DNA of 64,000 bases, from positions 4,602 to 68,601 of the forward strand of contig CAVZFY010000028.1 in NCBI GenBank assembly GCA_963774695.1, given 5' to 3'. Positions 10,184 through 20,435 of this stretch are shown one piece after another. The notes under the pieces were generated by a model. The model was not told where the DNA came from, ran no database searches, and saw nothing but the letters and a program-made list of their open reading frames with translations. Numbering within the stretch: the stretch's first letter is position 1; each line of letters starts with the position of its first letter. Source of the DNA: an uncultured Chloroflexia bacterium. Lineage in GTDB: Bacteria > Chloroflexota > Limnocylindria > Limnocylindrales > CSP1-4. Made by a program: the position numbers and the translations under genes.

Positions 10184-10351
10184 CAGCCGCCCCGATGGTC
10201 GCGGCTCATTCGGCCGCGCTCGCCTAGTCTGGGACGCCTCGCGGTCGTTTTGTTCCATACGCGGCGTTCCAGGTCGTTCCTCGGCCGGTCGACATTCGCG
10301 CGATCGTACGAGCACGGCTCGCAGCCACCGACCCTCCGGTACCGTCAGGCC

Positions 10352-11635
10352 GTGACCGTCGAGACCCTCCCGCATCGGCAGGACTGGCGCATCCCGGTCG
10401 CCGCGTTCTGGGTCACGCAGCTCGTCGAGAGCCTCGGCGTGAGCCAGGTCTTCGCCCTCCTGCCGGCGTACCTGCGGCAGCTCGGCGTGCCCGAGGCGGA
10501 CCGGATCGCCTTCGTCGGCCTCTACAGCTCGCTGGTCTTCGTCGTCGGGCTGCCGCTCGTCCCGCTGTGGGGCGTGTGGGCCGACAAGTACAGCCGCAAG
10601 GCCGTGATCGTGCGCAGCGCCCTCGTCGAGGCGGTCGTGTTCGCCCTCGCCGCCCTCGCCCGCGAGCCGTGGCAGATGGCGATCGCCGTCCTGCTGATCG
10701 GGTTCCAGCTGGGCAACACGGGCGTCATGCTGGCCGCGATCCGGGACGTCACGCCGAAGCACCGCCTGGGCACGACGATCGGCCTGTTCGGTGCCGCGGG
10801 TCCGATCGGGTTCGCGCTGGGGCCCGTGCTGGCGGGCATCCTGATCGACGGCGCGGGCTGGTCGATCAGCGGCGTCTACGCGCTGTCGGCGGCGCTGTCC
10901 GTGGGGACGGCGCTGCTGATCACGTTCGGCACCCACGAGATCCGCCCCGAGGTCATCCCGGAGGGCTCCGTGATCCGGCTGGCGTTCGCGGCGATGCGCA
11001 GCGTCCTCGCCGACCCGGTCGTCCGCCGCCTGTTCCTCGTCTACGGCGTCGTGTTCCTCGCCAACCAGGTGTCGCGCCCGTACACGCCCGTGCTGGTCGA
11101 GGCGATCGTCGGGACGGGTCCAGGCCTCGCGGCCGTCCATCGGAATCGTGCTGGGGGTCGGCTCGCTGGTCGGGGCGTTCTTCGCGCCGGGCGCCGGCTG
11201 GGTCGGCGACCGCATCGGGTTCCGGCCGGTCCTGGTGGCGGCCCTGGTCGGCGGCGGCGTGGCGAGCCTGCTGATGCCGCTGATGCCCGCGATCGGCTCC
11301 CTCGCGCTCGCCGCCACGCTCCTCGGCGCGGCGGTCGCGAGCACCGGCGCGATGGTGTTCTCCCTGCTCGCGACCGAGGTCGCGCCGGAGCGCCGCTCGA
11401 CGACGCTCAACCTCGTCTACCTGCCGCTCTACGTGGCGGGGATCATCGGTCCGGCGATCGGCGGCGGGCTGGCGGCGGCCGCCGGTCCCGCGGCGCCCTA
11501 CGTCATCGGCGCGATCGTGTTCTTCCTGGGGGCGGCGATGATCGCCGTCCGACGCGGCTCCGTGCGGGACCGGCGTCACCCGCGGAGCCCGTCCCACGAG
11601 TGGAGCCCGCGTCCAGGGGCATACCGCTGGGTTAG
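10352..11635 (+). CDS. MFS transporter (frameshift near 11140; 3' end uncertain)
   Basis: 12-TM-like hydrophobic pattern and 'GVWADKYSRK' (MFS motif A-like). It continues in ORF 11148.. ('GWVGDRIGFRPVL'). Confidence 0.7.
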   Translation: MTVETLPHRQDWRIPVAAFWVTQLVESLGVSQVFALLPAYLRQLGVPEADRIAFVGLYSSLVFVVGLPLVPLWGVWADKYSRKAVIVRSALVEAVVFALAALAREPWQMAIAVLLIGFQLGNTGVMLAAIRDVTPKHRLGTTIGLFGAAGPIGFALGPVLAGILIDGAGWSISGVYALSAALSVGTALLITFGTHEIRPEVIPEGSVIRLAFAAMRSVLADPVVRRLFLVYGVVFLANQVSRPYTPVLVEAIVGTGPGLAAVHRNRAGGRLAGRGVLRAGRRLGRRPHRVPAGPGGGPGRRRRGEPADAADARDRLPRARRHAPRRGGREHRRDGVLPARDRGRAGAPLDDAQPRLPAALRGGDHRSGDRRRAGGGRRSRGALRHRRDRVLPGGGDDRRPTRLRAGPASPAEPVPRVEPASRGIPLG

Positions 11636-11644
11636 GATCGCGCC

Positions 11645-12662
11645 ATGCCCATCGCGGTCCCTCCACGTGCCGAGCCTGCTGACGCGGCCGCACCTGCGCC
11701 CGGGGCGCACGCGGTCTCGTGGCGCGACCGACGAGGCCGCCGACTGGGCTGAGCCGGAGGTCATCACCGCCGCCGGCGTCCGCTGGCTGCACCTCGAGCA
11801 CCCCCTCGAGCAGGACCGCGACTGGCTCGAGCGCGAGTTCGGCTTCCACCACCTGGCGATCGAGGACGTCGCCTCGCGCAACCAGCGCCCCAAGCTCGAC
11901 GCCTACGACGACTACCTGTTCATCGTTCTGCACTTCCCCGTCTTCGACAAGTCGTCCGGGCGCCTGCTGACCGCCGAGGTGGACCTGTTCGTGGGTCCCG
12001 ACTACCTCATCACGCTGCCCGACCACAACCTGCCGCCGCTGGCCGCGATGTTCGAGCGCTACCGCGAGCGAGACGAGGTCCGCAAGGCGACCTTCGCCAA
12101 GGGGACGGGCTACCTGCTGTACCGGATCGTCGACACCTGCGTCGACGCCTCGTTCCCGATGCTCCGCAAGATGGGCGCCAAGCTCGACGACCTCGAGGAC
12201 GACATCTTCGAGGGGCGGTCGGACAAGATCGTCCAGGACATCTCGAACGCGAAGCAGGAGATCATCAACTTCCGGCGCGTCGTCCGGCCGATGCGCGCGG
12301 TGCTCCGCGACCTCGAGCGCACCAAGCAGCGCTATCTCGCCGACGACCTCGACGTCTACTTCGATGACACGACGGACGCCGTCGAGCGGATCTGGGACAT
12401 CCTCGAGAACTACAAGGAGGTCGTGGAGGCCCTCGAGGACTCCAACGAGTCGGTGCTGTCCCACCAGCTGAACTCGACGCTGCGCGTGCTCACCGCCTTC
12501 AGCGTGGCGCTCCTGCCGCTCACGCTGATGGCCTCCATCTTCGGGATGAACTTCGACCTGCCTGGCGACGAGAGCGTCGTGGCGTTCTGGCTCGTGATCG
12601 TGGCCATGGTCGTGATCTTCGCCGGCGTCCTGCTGTTCTTCCGCCGCCGCGGCTACCTCTAG
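11645..12662 (+). CDS. corA: CorA family magnesium/cobalt transporter (frameshift near 11725)
   Basis: C-terminal 'IFGMNF' signature between two TM helices, plus 'LHLEHP...HHLAIEDV'. Confidence 0.85.
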
Positions 12663-12836
12663 GCGCAACGACCGCATCCCCCGATTTGACGCGCACGACG
12701 GCGCATCCGAATCTAGGCATCTCGGGGACAGGGGAAGAAGCCTCTCGTGGCGAGAGGCGCCTCTCCGTGGAGCGGGGACCACCGGCGATGACCGACCGGT
12801 GCGTGCTGCGCAACAGGAGGCATCGGGACGTCCGTC

Positions 12837-15173
12837 ATGCGCCGTGGCTCGCCCGGCATCGTCGTTCACGATGCCCAGCCCGCGGATCCGCGCGCCCGGG
12901 TCCGTCCGCCCATCCTGGTCCAGGAGCCGCTGGTCGAGGCGAAGCTGGCGGCGCCGTACCTGCGGCCGGAGGTCCTGCCGCGTGACTCGCTGCTGCCGCG
13001 CCTGCTCGGCGCCGACAGCGGGCTGGTGACGTTCGTCGCGCCGCCGGGGTACGGCAAGTCCACCTGCCTCGCGCTGTGGCGGGCGAAGGAGTCGCGCCCG
13101 GTGGGCTGGGTGACCGTGGACGCGGCCGACGCCGACCCGATCCGGTTCCTCAACTACATGGCGCTCGCGATCGAGCGCGCGCTGCGGTCGCGGAAGCCGA
13201 TCGTCGAGCGGATCGGCGGGACGGCAGGCTCCGCCCTGTCCAACGCCGTGCCGCGGCTGACGTCGGCCCTCCACGAGCTCGGGCGGCCGATGGTGCTGAT
13301 GCTCGACGACGTGCACCATCTCGGCGGGACCCCGTCGGCCGACGTGCTGGCGATGGTGGTCGACTACCTGCCACGCGGGATCACGATCGCCGCGGCCGGG
13401 CGCACCGACGCGGGGCTGCCGCTGGCACGGCTCCGGGCGAGCGGGCGGCTCGTCGAGATCGGCATCGGGGACCTCGCGCTCGACGAGGCGGAGGCGGGCC
13501 GGATGGCGGCGCTGGGCGGACGGCAGCTGCCGCCGGACGAGGCCCGTGACCTCCATGCCCGGACGGAGGGCTGGCCCGCGGCGGTCTACCTGGCCGTGCT
13601 CCGTGCGCAGGCCCGCGCGGCCGCGAATGGCCGGTCGGCGGCGCCCACGGGCGTCTCGGGTCGTGACACGGACATCGGCGACTACCTCGACGGCGAGCTG
13701 CTCGACCACGCGACGCCGCGGGTGCGCACGTTCCTGACGCGCACCGCCGTCCTGGACCGGATGAGCGCCGACCTGTGCGACGCGGTGGTCGACGGCTCGG
13801 GCTCCGAGCGGATCCTGCGCGACCTCGCGGCGACCAACCAGCTCGTGGTCCCGCTCGACGGGCAGGGCGGCTGGTTCCGGTACCACACGCTGCTGCGCGA
13901 GCACCTCCTCGTGATGCTCGAGCGCGACCGGGTCTCCGCGGACGAGCTCAACCGACGAGCGGCAGCGTGGTACGCGGCCAACGGCATGCCCGAGATGGCC
14001 GTCGACCACCTGTTCGCCGCCAGGGATCCCGACGCCGCCGCCGCGCAGGCCTGCCTCATCGTTCCGCGGCTGTTCCGCGAGGGCCGCGAGGCGACGTTCG
14101 CGCGCTGGCTCGTCCAGCTCGACGACGAGAGCCTCCGCCGCCAGCCGTTCCTCGCCGCGATGGGTGCGTGGATGTACACGATCCGCGGCGGCGCCGGCGA
14201 GGCGGAGCGGATGACCGACCTCATGACCGGTTCGGAGTACGACGGCGCGCGCCCGATCGGCGCCGAGGCGTACGAGGAGGCGCGGGCGTCGGTGCGCGCG
14301 TTGTCCGGGCGGGACGGGCTGGACGCGGCGCTCGGCGAGGCCCGCACGGCCGTCGATGCCGCCGAGCGCCTGAGCCCCTGGCGGCCGCAGTCGCTCGCGG
14401 TGCTCGGCGCGATCCTCGTGATCCTGGGCGATCGCGAGCGGGGCGAGGCCGCCCTCGCGGAGGCCGCGGCGTCCGCCCAGCCGCTGGGCGCCGTGCGCGC
14501 GCTCGTGTTCGCCGACGCGTGGCGGGCGCTGAGCGCGATCGAGCACGACGACTGGTCGACCGCCGACACGCTGTCCCGCCGGAGCGCCGCCACGGCGGCG
14601 CGCGCCCGGTTCGACCCCGACGCCGTCGCGGCGGTGTGGTCGGTCGTGGCGGCGCGGGTCGCGATCCACCGCGGCGAGCTCGCCGAGGCCAGGCGCCAGA
14701 TGGCGACGTTCCAGATGGCGCGCACCGCGCTCGGGCCGGCGACGGGGTGGCTCAGCGTGCGCAGCCTCATCGAGGGCGCGCGCACCCACCTGGCGCTCGC
14801 GGACCCCGCCGGCGCACGCTCGTGCCTCCAGCAGGTCGCGGACATCCGGGTCCTGCGCCCGCGCCTCGGCGCCCTGGCCGACGAGGCCGCCGAGCTCCGC
14901 GAGCGCATCCGGAGCCTGCCACCGGGCCCCGGCGGGACCTCGACGCTCACCCCGGCCGAGGTGCGCGTGCTGCGGCTGCTGCCGACCTACCTGACCGCGG
15001 CCGAGATGGCCGACCGCCTGTACGTGACGCCCAACACCGTGCGCACGCAGATCCAGGCGCTGTACGGCAAGCTCGGCGCGACGTCGCGGGCCGAAGCCGT
15101 CGAGGCCGCCATCGAGATCGGGCTCCTCGAGCCCCTGCCGGTCCTCGCTCCCGGGCGGATCACCAGCAGTTGA
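12837..15173 (+). CDS. Large ATP-binding LuxR-family regulator (LAL/MalT-like)
   Basis: Walker A 'PPGYGKST', a long helical middle and a C-terminal LuxR HTH ('LTPAEVRVLRLL...NTVRTQIQALYGKLG'). Intact 778 aa. Confidence 0.85.
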   Translation: MRRGSPGIVVHDAQPADPRARVRPPILVQEPLVEAKLAAPYLRPEVLPRDSLLPRLLGADSGLVTFVAPPGYGKSTCLALWRAKESRPVGWVTVDAADADPIRFLNYMALAIERALRSRKPIVERIGGTAGSALSNAVPRLTSALHELGRPMVLMLDDVHHLGGTPSADVLAMVVDYLPRGITIAAAGRTDAGLPLARLRASGRLVEIGIGDLALDEAEAGRMAALGGRQLPPDEARDLHARTEGWPAAVYLAVLRAQARAAANGRSAAPTGVSGRDTDIGDYLDGELLDHATPRVRTFLTRTAVLDRMSADLCDAVVDGSGSERILRDLAATNQLVVPLDGQGGWFRYHTLLREHLLVMLERDRVSADELNRRAAAWYAANGMPEMAVDHLFAARDPDAAAAQACLIVPRLFREGREATFARWLVQLDDESLRRQPFLAAMGAWMYTIRGGAGEAERMTDLMTGSEYDGARPIGAEAYEEARASVRALSGRDGLDAALGEARTAVDAAERLSPWRPQSLAVLGAILVILGDRERGEAALAEAAASAQPLGAVRALVFADAWRALSAIEHDDWSTADTLSRRSAATAARARFDPDAVAAVWSVVAARVAIHRGELAEARRQMATFQMARTALGPATGWLSVRSLIEGARTHLALADPAGARSCLQQVADIRVLRPRLGALADEAAELRERIRSLPPGPGGTSTLTPAEVRVLRLLPTYLTAAEMADRLYVTPNTVRTQIQALYGKLGATSRAEAVEAAIEIGLLEPLPVLAPGRITSS

Positions 15174-15252
15174 GGATGCGTCCGGGGCGCCCGGCGCGTT
15201 GAATAGGCCAAACGGGCGCCCGTCCATGGCGCCTGACGCGGGACGGTGCGCG

Positions 15253-15594
15253 ATGGCTGACCGGGAGGAGATCCTCCGCCGCCTGACGCTCGGCGACGTG
15301 ACGTGCCTCGAGTCGCTGATCGAGGACCGGCGGCTCGGCGGCGGCGCGCCCGCGCTGGACTTCGTCGGCGAGGCGCTGGTGAAGCTCGGCGCCCTCATCG
15401 TCACCGACGGTTCCGACGTCACCTGGCACCACACGGTCGCGGCGGCCCTCGACGCCGGCCTGACCGCCGACCAGGTGGTCGACGCGCTCGTCGTCCTGGC
15501 GCCCGTGATCGGCGGGACCCGGGTCGTCGCCGTCGCCCCGAAGCTGGCCCTCGCGACCGGGTTCGACGTCGCGTCGGCCATCGAGCTCCGCTGA
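15253..15594 (+). CDS. Carboxymuconolactone decarboxylase (AhpD-like) family protein, tentative
   Basis: A small all-helical protein with 'LVKLGALIVTDG...AALDAGLTADQVVDALVVLAPVIG'. ATG 15253 chosen within ORF 15199..15594. Confidence 0.45.
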   Translation: MADREEILRRLTLGDVTCLESLIEDRRLGGGAPALDFVGEALVKLGALIVTDGSDVTWHHTVAAALDAGLTADQVVDALVVLAPVIGGTRVVAVAPKLALATGFDVASAIELR

Positions 15595-15638
15595 CCCTCG
15601 CCGCTCCGGCGGCCCGACCGCTCGCGTAGGCTAGGCGC

Positions 15639-16160
15639 GTGGAAGACGCTTCCGGGGACGTGGCCCCGGTTCAGGCACCGACGGCCGGGTCATCCGATCC
15701 ACACCTCGATCGATCGGCGGCGATCTACGGCTCGCTGCTCGTCACGGCGCTCGTCGCCGCGGAGAGCCGCTACGGCGGCGGGATCGACTTCCTCGCGCTG
15801 TCGATCCTCGTGTCCGCCGGCGTGTTCTGGCTGATGGAGGTCTGGTCGGAGCTCGTCAACCTGCGGGTCCGCGGCCCGATCAGCGGGTCGGAGTACGCGA
15901 TGGTCGCGCGCAACGAGAGCCCGATGATCGGGGCGGCCGTCGTCCCGGTGCTCATCCTGCTGGCGCCGCGGATCGGGCTCGTCACGGTGGACCAGGCGCT
16001 CACCCTGGCGCTGGTGGCCTGCGTCGTGCAGCTGTTCGTGTGGGGGCTGACCGTCGGTCACGCGTTCGGACGGGGCTGGCCGACCGCCATCGGGGTGGCC
16101 GTCATCGACTGCCTGCTGGGCCTCGTGATCGTGGGGCTCAAGGTGCTGATCATCCACTGA
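15639..16160 (+). CDS. Hypothetical integral membrane protein
   Basis: Intact 173-aa ORF with 4-5 hydrophobic helices and high GC3. No family recognised. Confidence 0.5.
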   Translation: MEDASGDVAPVQAPTAGSSDPHLDRSAAIYGSLLVTALVAAESRYGGGIDFLALSILVSAGVFWLMEVWSELVNLRVRGPISGSEYAMVARNESPMIGAAVVPVLILLAPRIGLVTVDQALTLALVACVVQLFVWGLTVGHAFGRGWPTAIGVAVIDCLLGLVIVGLKVLIIH

Positions 16161-16192
16161 CGGGCGGTTGACCGCGCGGTCGGTCGCGGCGG

Positions 16193-17311
16193 TCAGCCGG
16201 TGGGCAGGGCGCGCTCCGGTTCGCCGACGTAGCGGACGTCGGGGCGGATCAGGCGGTTGGCGCCGGCCTGCTCGATGGCGTGGGCGGTCCAGCCGGCGTG
16301 GCGCGCGAGCGCGAACGTCGCGGGGAACAGGTCGGGGGTCAGGCCCACGCCCATGAGGACGGGCGCGGCGTAGAACTCGACGTTGGTCCGGAGCGGGCGA
16401 TCCGGGTACTTCTCGGCGAGCACGCGCAGCGCGACGTCCTCGACGGCGATCGCGAGCTCCAGCCAGTCGGGCCGGTGCTCCATGCTCTCGGCGACCTGCC
16501 GCAGGGCGGCGGCCCGCGGGTCGTAGGCACGGTAGACGCGGTGCCCGAAGCCCATCAGCCGGTCGCCGCGGGCGAGCGTCTCGCGCACCCACTGCTCGGC
16601 CTTCTCGGGGCTGCCGACCTCGTGGATCTGCTCGACGACCTCGGACGGAGCCCCGCCGTGGAGCGGCCCCTTCATCGCCCCGATGGCACCGACCACGGCC
16701 GACGCGATGTCCGAGCGGGTCGACGTGATGACGCGGGCGGTGAACGTGGAGGCGTTGAAGCCGTGCTCGGCGCCGACGACGAAGTAGGCATCGAGGGCGC
16801 GCGCGGTCTCGTCGTCCGGGCGGGTGCCGTTGATCATGTACAGGTAGCCCGGGACGAGGTCGAGGTCGGGATCCGGGTCGATGGGGTCCTCGCCCTTGCG
16901 GATCCGGGCGAAGGCCGCGAGCGCGGACGGCGAGAACGCGGTCAGCGCTCGTGCCTCCTCGGCGGTCGGGGGCCAGCCCAGCGGCTGCGTGGCGCCCCAG
17001 GCCGAGACCGCGGTCCGCAGCGCGTCCATGGGCTTGGCGCTCAGGGGCAGGGCGTGCAGGGCCGTGAGCACGGCGCCGGGGAGCGGCTGGCACGCGAGCT
17101 TCGCGGCCGGGTCCCAGTCGCCGGTCCAGAGGAGGTTCGCGACGGCGGGGTAGGTGCCGTGCAGGACCAGGTCGGCGATGGCGTAGCCGCGATACAGCAG
17201 CCGGCCGGCCGCGCCGTCGATGAACGACAGCGCCGTCTCGCCGGCGATGACGCCCTCGAGACCGGGCGAGTAGGGCCGGTCGTCGACGGCCGGGGATGCG
17301 GACTCGATCAT
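16193..17311 (-). CDS. Citrate synthase (about 372-aa type)
   Basis: Signature 'GFGHRVYRAYDPR' plus 'GPLHGGA'. ATG 17311 lies within ORF 16193..17581. Confidence 0.9.
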   Translation of the reverse strand: MIESASPAVDDRPYSPGLEGVIAGETALSFIDGAAGRLLYRGYAIADLVLHGTYPAVANLLWTGDWDPAAKLACQPLPGAVLTALHALPLSAKPMDALRTAVSAWGATQPLGWPPTAEEARALTAFSPSALAAFARIRKGEDPIDPDPDLDLVPGYLYMINGTRPDDETARALDAYFVVGAEHGFNASTFTARVITSTRSDIASAVVGAIGAMKGPLHGGAPSEVVEQIHEVGSPEKAEQWVRETLARGDRLMGFGHRVYRAYDPRAAALRQVAESMEHRPDWLELAIAVEDVALRVLAEKYPDRPLRTNVEFYAAPVLMGVGLTPDLFPATFALARHAGWTAHAIEQAGANRLIRPDVRYVGEPERALPTG

Positions 17312-17339
17312 GGCGTGGATGGTAGCCCGACGCGCCGGG

Positions 17340-18176
17340 TCAGGCGTCGAGGAATGCCTCCGCGAGGGCGATGAACGTCGCCGCGTGGCTGTGGTGGCCG
17401 CCGTGCCGCGCGCCGTCGATGATCTCGAGCCGGCCGTCGGCGAGGCGCGCGTCCAGGGCCTCGGCGCCGGTGCGGAACCACGCCGGCGACCTGGAGCCGA
17501 CCAGCTGCAGGACGGGGACCCGCACCGCGGCGAGCGCCTCGAGGCCGACGGCCGGATCCGACTCGGCGGTGTCGAGCTCACGCAGGATGGTCGGGGTCGC
17601 CGCGGCCCGGAGCGGCCAGATCGGGTCCGCGCGGAACGCCGCGAGGGCCGCGGGCGGCATCCCGACGGCCTCGGTCATGAACCGCGCGAGCATGCCGTCG
17701 AGGTCGCCGGCCGCGAGGTCCGCGCGGAGGCGCGCGTCCAGCGCCGGATCGATGCCGCCCTCGCCGGCCGGGAGGGGTGCCGACTCGTAGGCCACGATCC
17801 GCCGGATCGCCGCGGTGCGCAGGCTCGCGCCGAGCGCGATCCGTCCGCCCAGCGAGTGCCCGACGACGTCGACCGGCCCGCCGTCTCCGTCGGCCGCGAC
17901 GGCCTCGACCACCGCGACCAGGTCGTCGAGCTCCAGCTCGATCGAATAGGCGTCCGCCGGACCGTCGCCCGAGGCACCGCGGCCGCGCCGGTCGATCGCG
18001 TGCAGCCGCCAGCGCGTCGCGAGCTCCGGGGCGACGACCCGCCACGTGCGGTGGTCCGCGGTCGTGCCGTGCACGAGCACGAGCGGCCGCCCCTCGCCCG
18101 CGGAGAACACCGCGATCGACGTGCCGTCCGGGGCGACGACGAACCGCGACGGGGCGTCGGGGAAGGGGGCCGGCAA
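17340..18176 (-). CDS. Alpha/beta hydrolase fold protein
   Basis: 'LVLVHG', nucleophile elbow 'GHSLGG', C-terminal 'GARHGGHHS'. TTG 18176 is in frame just after the pgl stop. Confidence 0.75.
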   Translation of the reverse strand: MPAPFPDAPSRFVVAPDGTSIAVFSAGEGRPLVLVHGTTADHRTWRVVAPELATRWRLHAIDRRGRGASGDGPADAYSIELELDDLVAVVEAVAADGDGGPVDVVGHSLGGRIALGASLRTAAIRRIVAYESAPLPAGEGGIDPALDARLRADLAAGDLDGMLARFMTEAVGMPPAALAAFRADPIWPLRAAATPTILRELDTAESDPAVGLEALAAVRVPVLQLVGSRSPAWFRTGAEALDARLADGRLEIIDGARHGGHHSHAATFIALAEAFLDA

Positions 18177-18184
18177 GGGTCCGA

Positions 18185-19036
18185 TCAGGCCCGCGGGATG
18201 TCGGCGGCCGCGGCCTCGTCGAGGATCCAGGTCGCCTGGCCGAGGCGCGTGGCCCGGAGCGGGAGCTCGCGCGCATCGTCGCCCGTCCATGCGCGCCCGA
18301 GCACGGCCGCCTTCGAGGCCCCCGCCGACACGACGACGACGCGCCGCGCCGCCGCGACCAGCCGGGGATGCATGGTGACCCGGTCCACGTGCGGCTCGAT
18401 GTGCGTCGGTGCCGGCACCGCGACGCTCAGGGCCGGCGAATCCCAGACGGCCGAACCGGGGAACACGGACAGGATGTGCCCGTCCGGCCCGACCCCGACG
18501 ACGAACACGTCGAACGCGGGCAGCGTCGCCGGCGACGCGTCGGTCGCCGGCCCGTGCTCCCGGATCGCATTGGCGTACCCAGTCGCCGCCCAGGCCGCCC
18601 CGCCGGCGTGCGCGATCGCCTCGGTGATCGCCACCTGGTGGATCTGGGACGCGGGGATCCGCACGCCGTCGCCGTGACCGCCGACGTCCGCCCCTTCCGG
18701 GCTGCCGCCTTCCTCGTCGCCGCCGCTCGTGAGCAGCACCTGGGTGAACGGCAGCACGTTCGAGAGCGGGTGGTCGGGTGGCACGAACCGGTCGTCGCCC
18801 CACCAGACGTGGACGCGGGACCAGTCGACGAGGTCGCGCAGCGGGGTCCGGGCGAGGTGGTGGTAGATCCCGGGAGCGGCCGAGCCGCCGGTGGTCACCC
18901 AGTGGGCGACGCCACGCGCCGCGATCGCCGCATTCAGGCCGTCCGCGATCGACCGCGCCGCCGCCGCGGCCACGGCGTCGTCGTCGGGCAGGACCCGCAG
19001 CTCCGGCCGGCCGTCCACCCGGTTCGTCTCGCTCAT
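18185..19036 (-). CDS. pgl: 6-phosphogluconolactonase
   Basis: 'TTGGSAAP', 'WWGDDRFVP', 'GVGPDGHILSVFPGS'. ATG 19036 overlaps the opcA stop. Confidence 0.85.
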   Translation of the reverse strand: MSETNRVDGRPELRVLPDDDAVAAAAARSIADGLNAAIAARGVAHWVTTGGSAAPGIYHHLARTPLRDLVDWSRVHVWWGDDRFVPPDHPLSNVLPFTQVLLTSGGDEEGGSPEGADVGGHGDGVRIPASQIHQVAITEAIAHAGGAAWAATGYANAIREHGPATDASPATLPAFDVFVVGVGPDGHILSVFPGSAVWDSPALSVAVPAPTHIEPHVDRVTMHPRLVAAARRVVVVSAGASKAAVLGRAWTGDDARELPLRATRLGQATWILDEAAAADIPRA

Positions 19037-20382
19037 GCGGCTCCTTCCACGGGGGCGGCACGCGCCGCATCGCCGACCAGCGCCGCCGCCATCCGGACGG
19101 TCTCGACGGTCAGCGGGTCGCGCCCGCCGACCTCGAGCGCCTCGCTGAGCAGGTCGACCTCGCTCCGGCGCGGCGCCTTGAACGTGCGGTCCATCGCCTC
19201 GACGCCGTCGAGCCAGGCGTGCACGTGGACGTTCTCGGCCTCGGCGGTGACGTCGGTCCGGAGCTCGGAGCCACGCCGCTCGGCGAGGATCTCGACCCGC
19301 AGCGTCGTCCCGGGCGGCATCGGGGACGCGACCGGGCGGATGACCACGCTGACACTCGCTGCCCTGGTCCTTGAGGCGGCCATGCAGGCCGCGGTGCAGC
19401 GGCAGCTTCTCGCCGGGTCGGACGCGTGCCGGCGACCACCCGGTGCGCCCCTTCGGCTCGTCGGCGACGAGCGGCGTCACGACGCGCATGCCCAGCCGCG
19501 ACGCGAGCCACGCGACGTGGTACAGCGGCTTGACGATGTTGGTCGTCCCGGGGCGCCGGTCTCGTCGTGCGTCGCGTAGGTCACCGCGATCCGGCGGACG
19601 CTGTGCAGGAACGGCAGGAAGTCGGGGTGGTCGAAGACGGTCGCGATCGCCTCGCGCCAGCGCGACTGGCGCACGAGGGCGAAGTCGCGGATCGACAGCC
19701 GGTCGAAGTCGTCGTAGAGGCCGGCCAGCTGGACGCAGGCGATCGACGCCGTCGCCCGACCCAGGTCGACGCGTCGACGACCAGGCGATCCGTCGCCTCG
19801 AGCAGGTCGCGCACGGGCTCCGACTGGAACAGCGGCTCGCCGGGCCACCAGACGGTGACCGGCAGGTCGTGGATCAGGAGCGGCGCCGACCAGGCCGAAC
19901 AGGTGCCGGCCCGTCTCGCCGCCCGCCGTCAGGAAGATCAGCTCGGTGCACGTCTCCGGCGCGTCGGGCCGCGGCATCACGCAGTGGGCCTGGATCCGCG
20001 CGTCGATCCACGGCGGCCCGTCCGGGTCCGCGCCCTGGATGATCAGCGTCCGCGACGGATGCCGCCCGGTCAGGCGGCTGATCGTCTCCGCGCTGCGCTC
20101 GCCGACCTCGGGCTGGCGCGCGACGACGACCAGGTTCATCACCGACGTCCGGGCCGCGATGTGCCGGCCGCCGGGTCGTCCGCCCTCGCCGTCCCCGTCG
20201 GCGTCGACGATCGCGAGGTTGGGCTCCGCCCAGATGCGGGCCAGCTCGCGCTCGATGCCCTCGATCGAGTTCGCCCTGGACATCCAGCGCAGCGTCGGCT
20301 CCCCGGGCCGCGGCGGCTCCGCCAGCGCGATCTGCCCGCCACCCGCGGGCCGCGTCCCGACCGCGATCACCTCGCCCGGCAC
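19033..20382 (-). CDS. opcA: Glucose-6-phosphate dehydrogenase assembly protein OpcA (several frameshifts; start uncertain)
   Basis: Lies between zwf and pgl. 'IEGIERELARIW', 'RTSVMNLVVV' and 'RHPSRTLII', with C-terminal pieces in ORF 19033..19383. Confidence 0.7.
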
Positions 20383-20435
20383 CCGCGTGCGCTCGCTACC
20401 GTCCGCGGACGAACCCCCGTCGCCGGCGCCGTCCG

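Noticed and set aside
11148-12662. 504-aa ORF joining MFS-like helices to a CorA domain
   Set aside because: The first ~150 residues are the frameshifted C-terminus of the MFS gene. CorA has its own ATG at 11645 and joins this frame after an indel near 11725.
10953-15581. Very long antisense ORFs (1542 aa here; also 2854..4917, 24266..26938, 9671..11410 upstream part, 1512..2906)
   Set aside because: They are Arg/Pro/Gly/Asp-rich translations with no motifs. Each lies exactly opposite well-supported genes, as expected for stop-poor antisense frames in DNA of about 70% GC.
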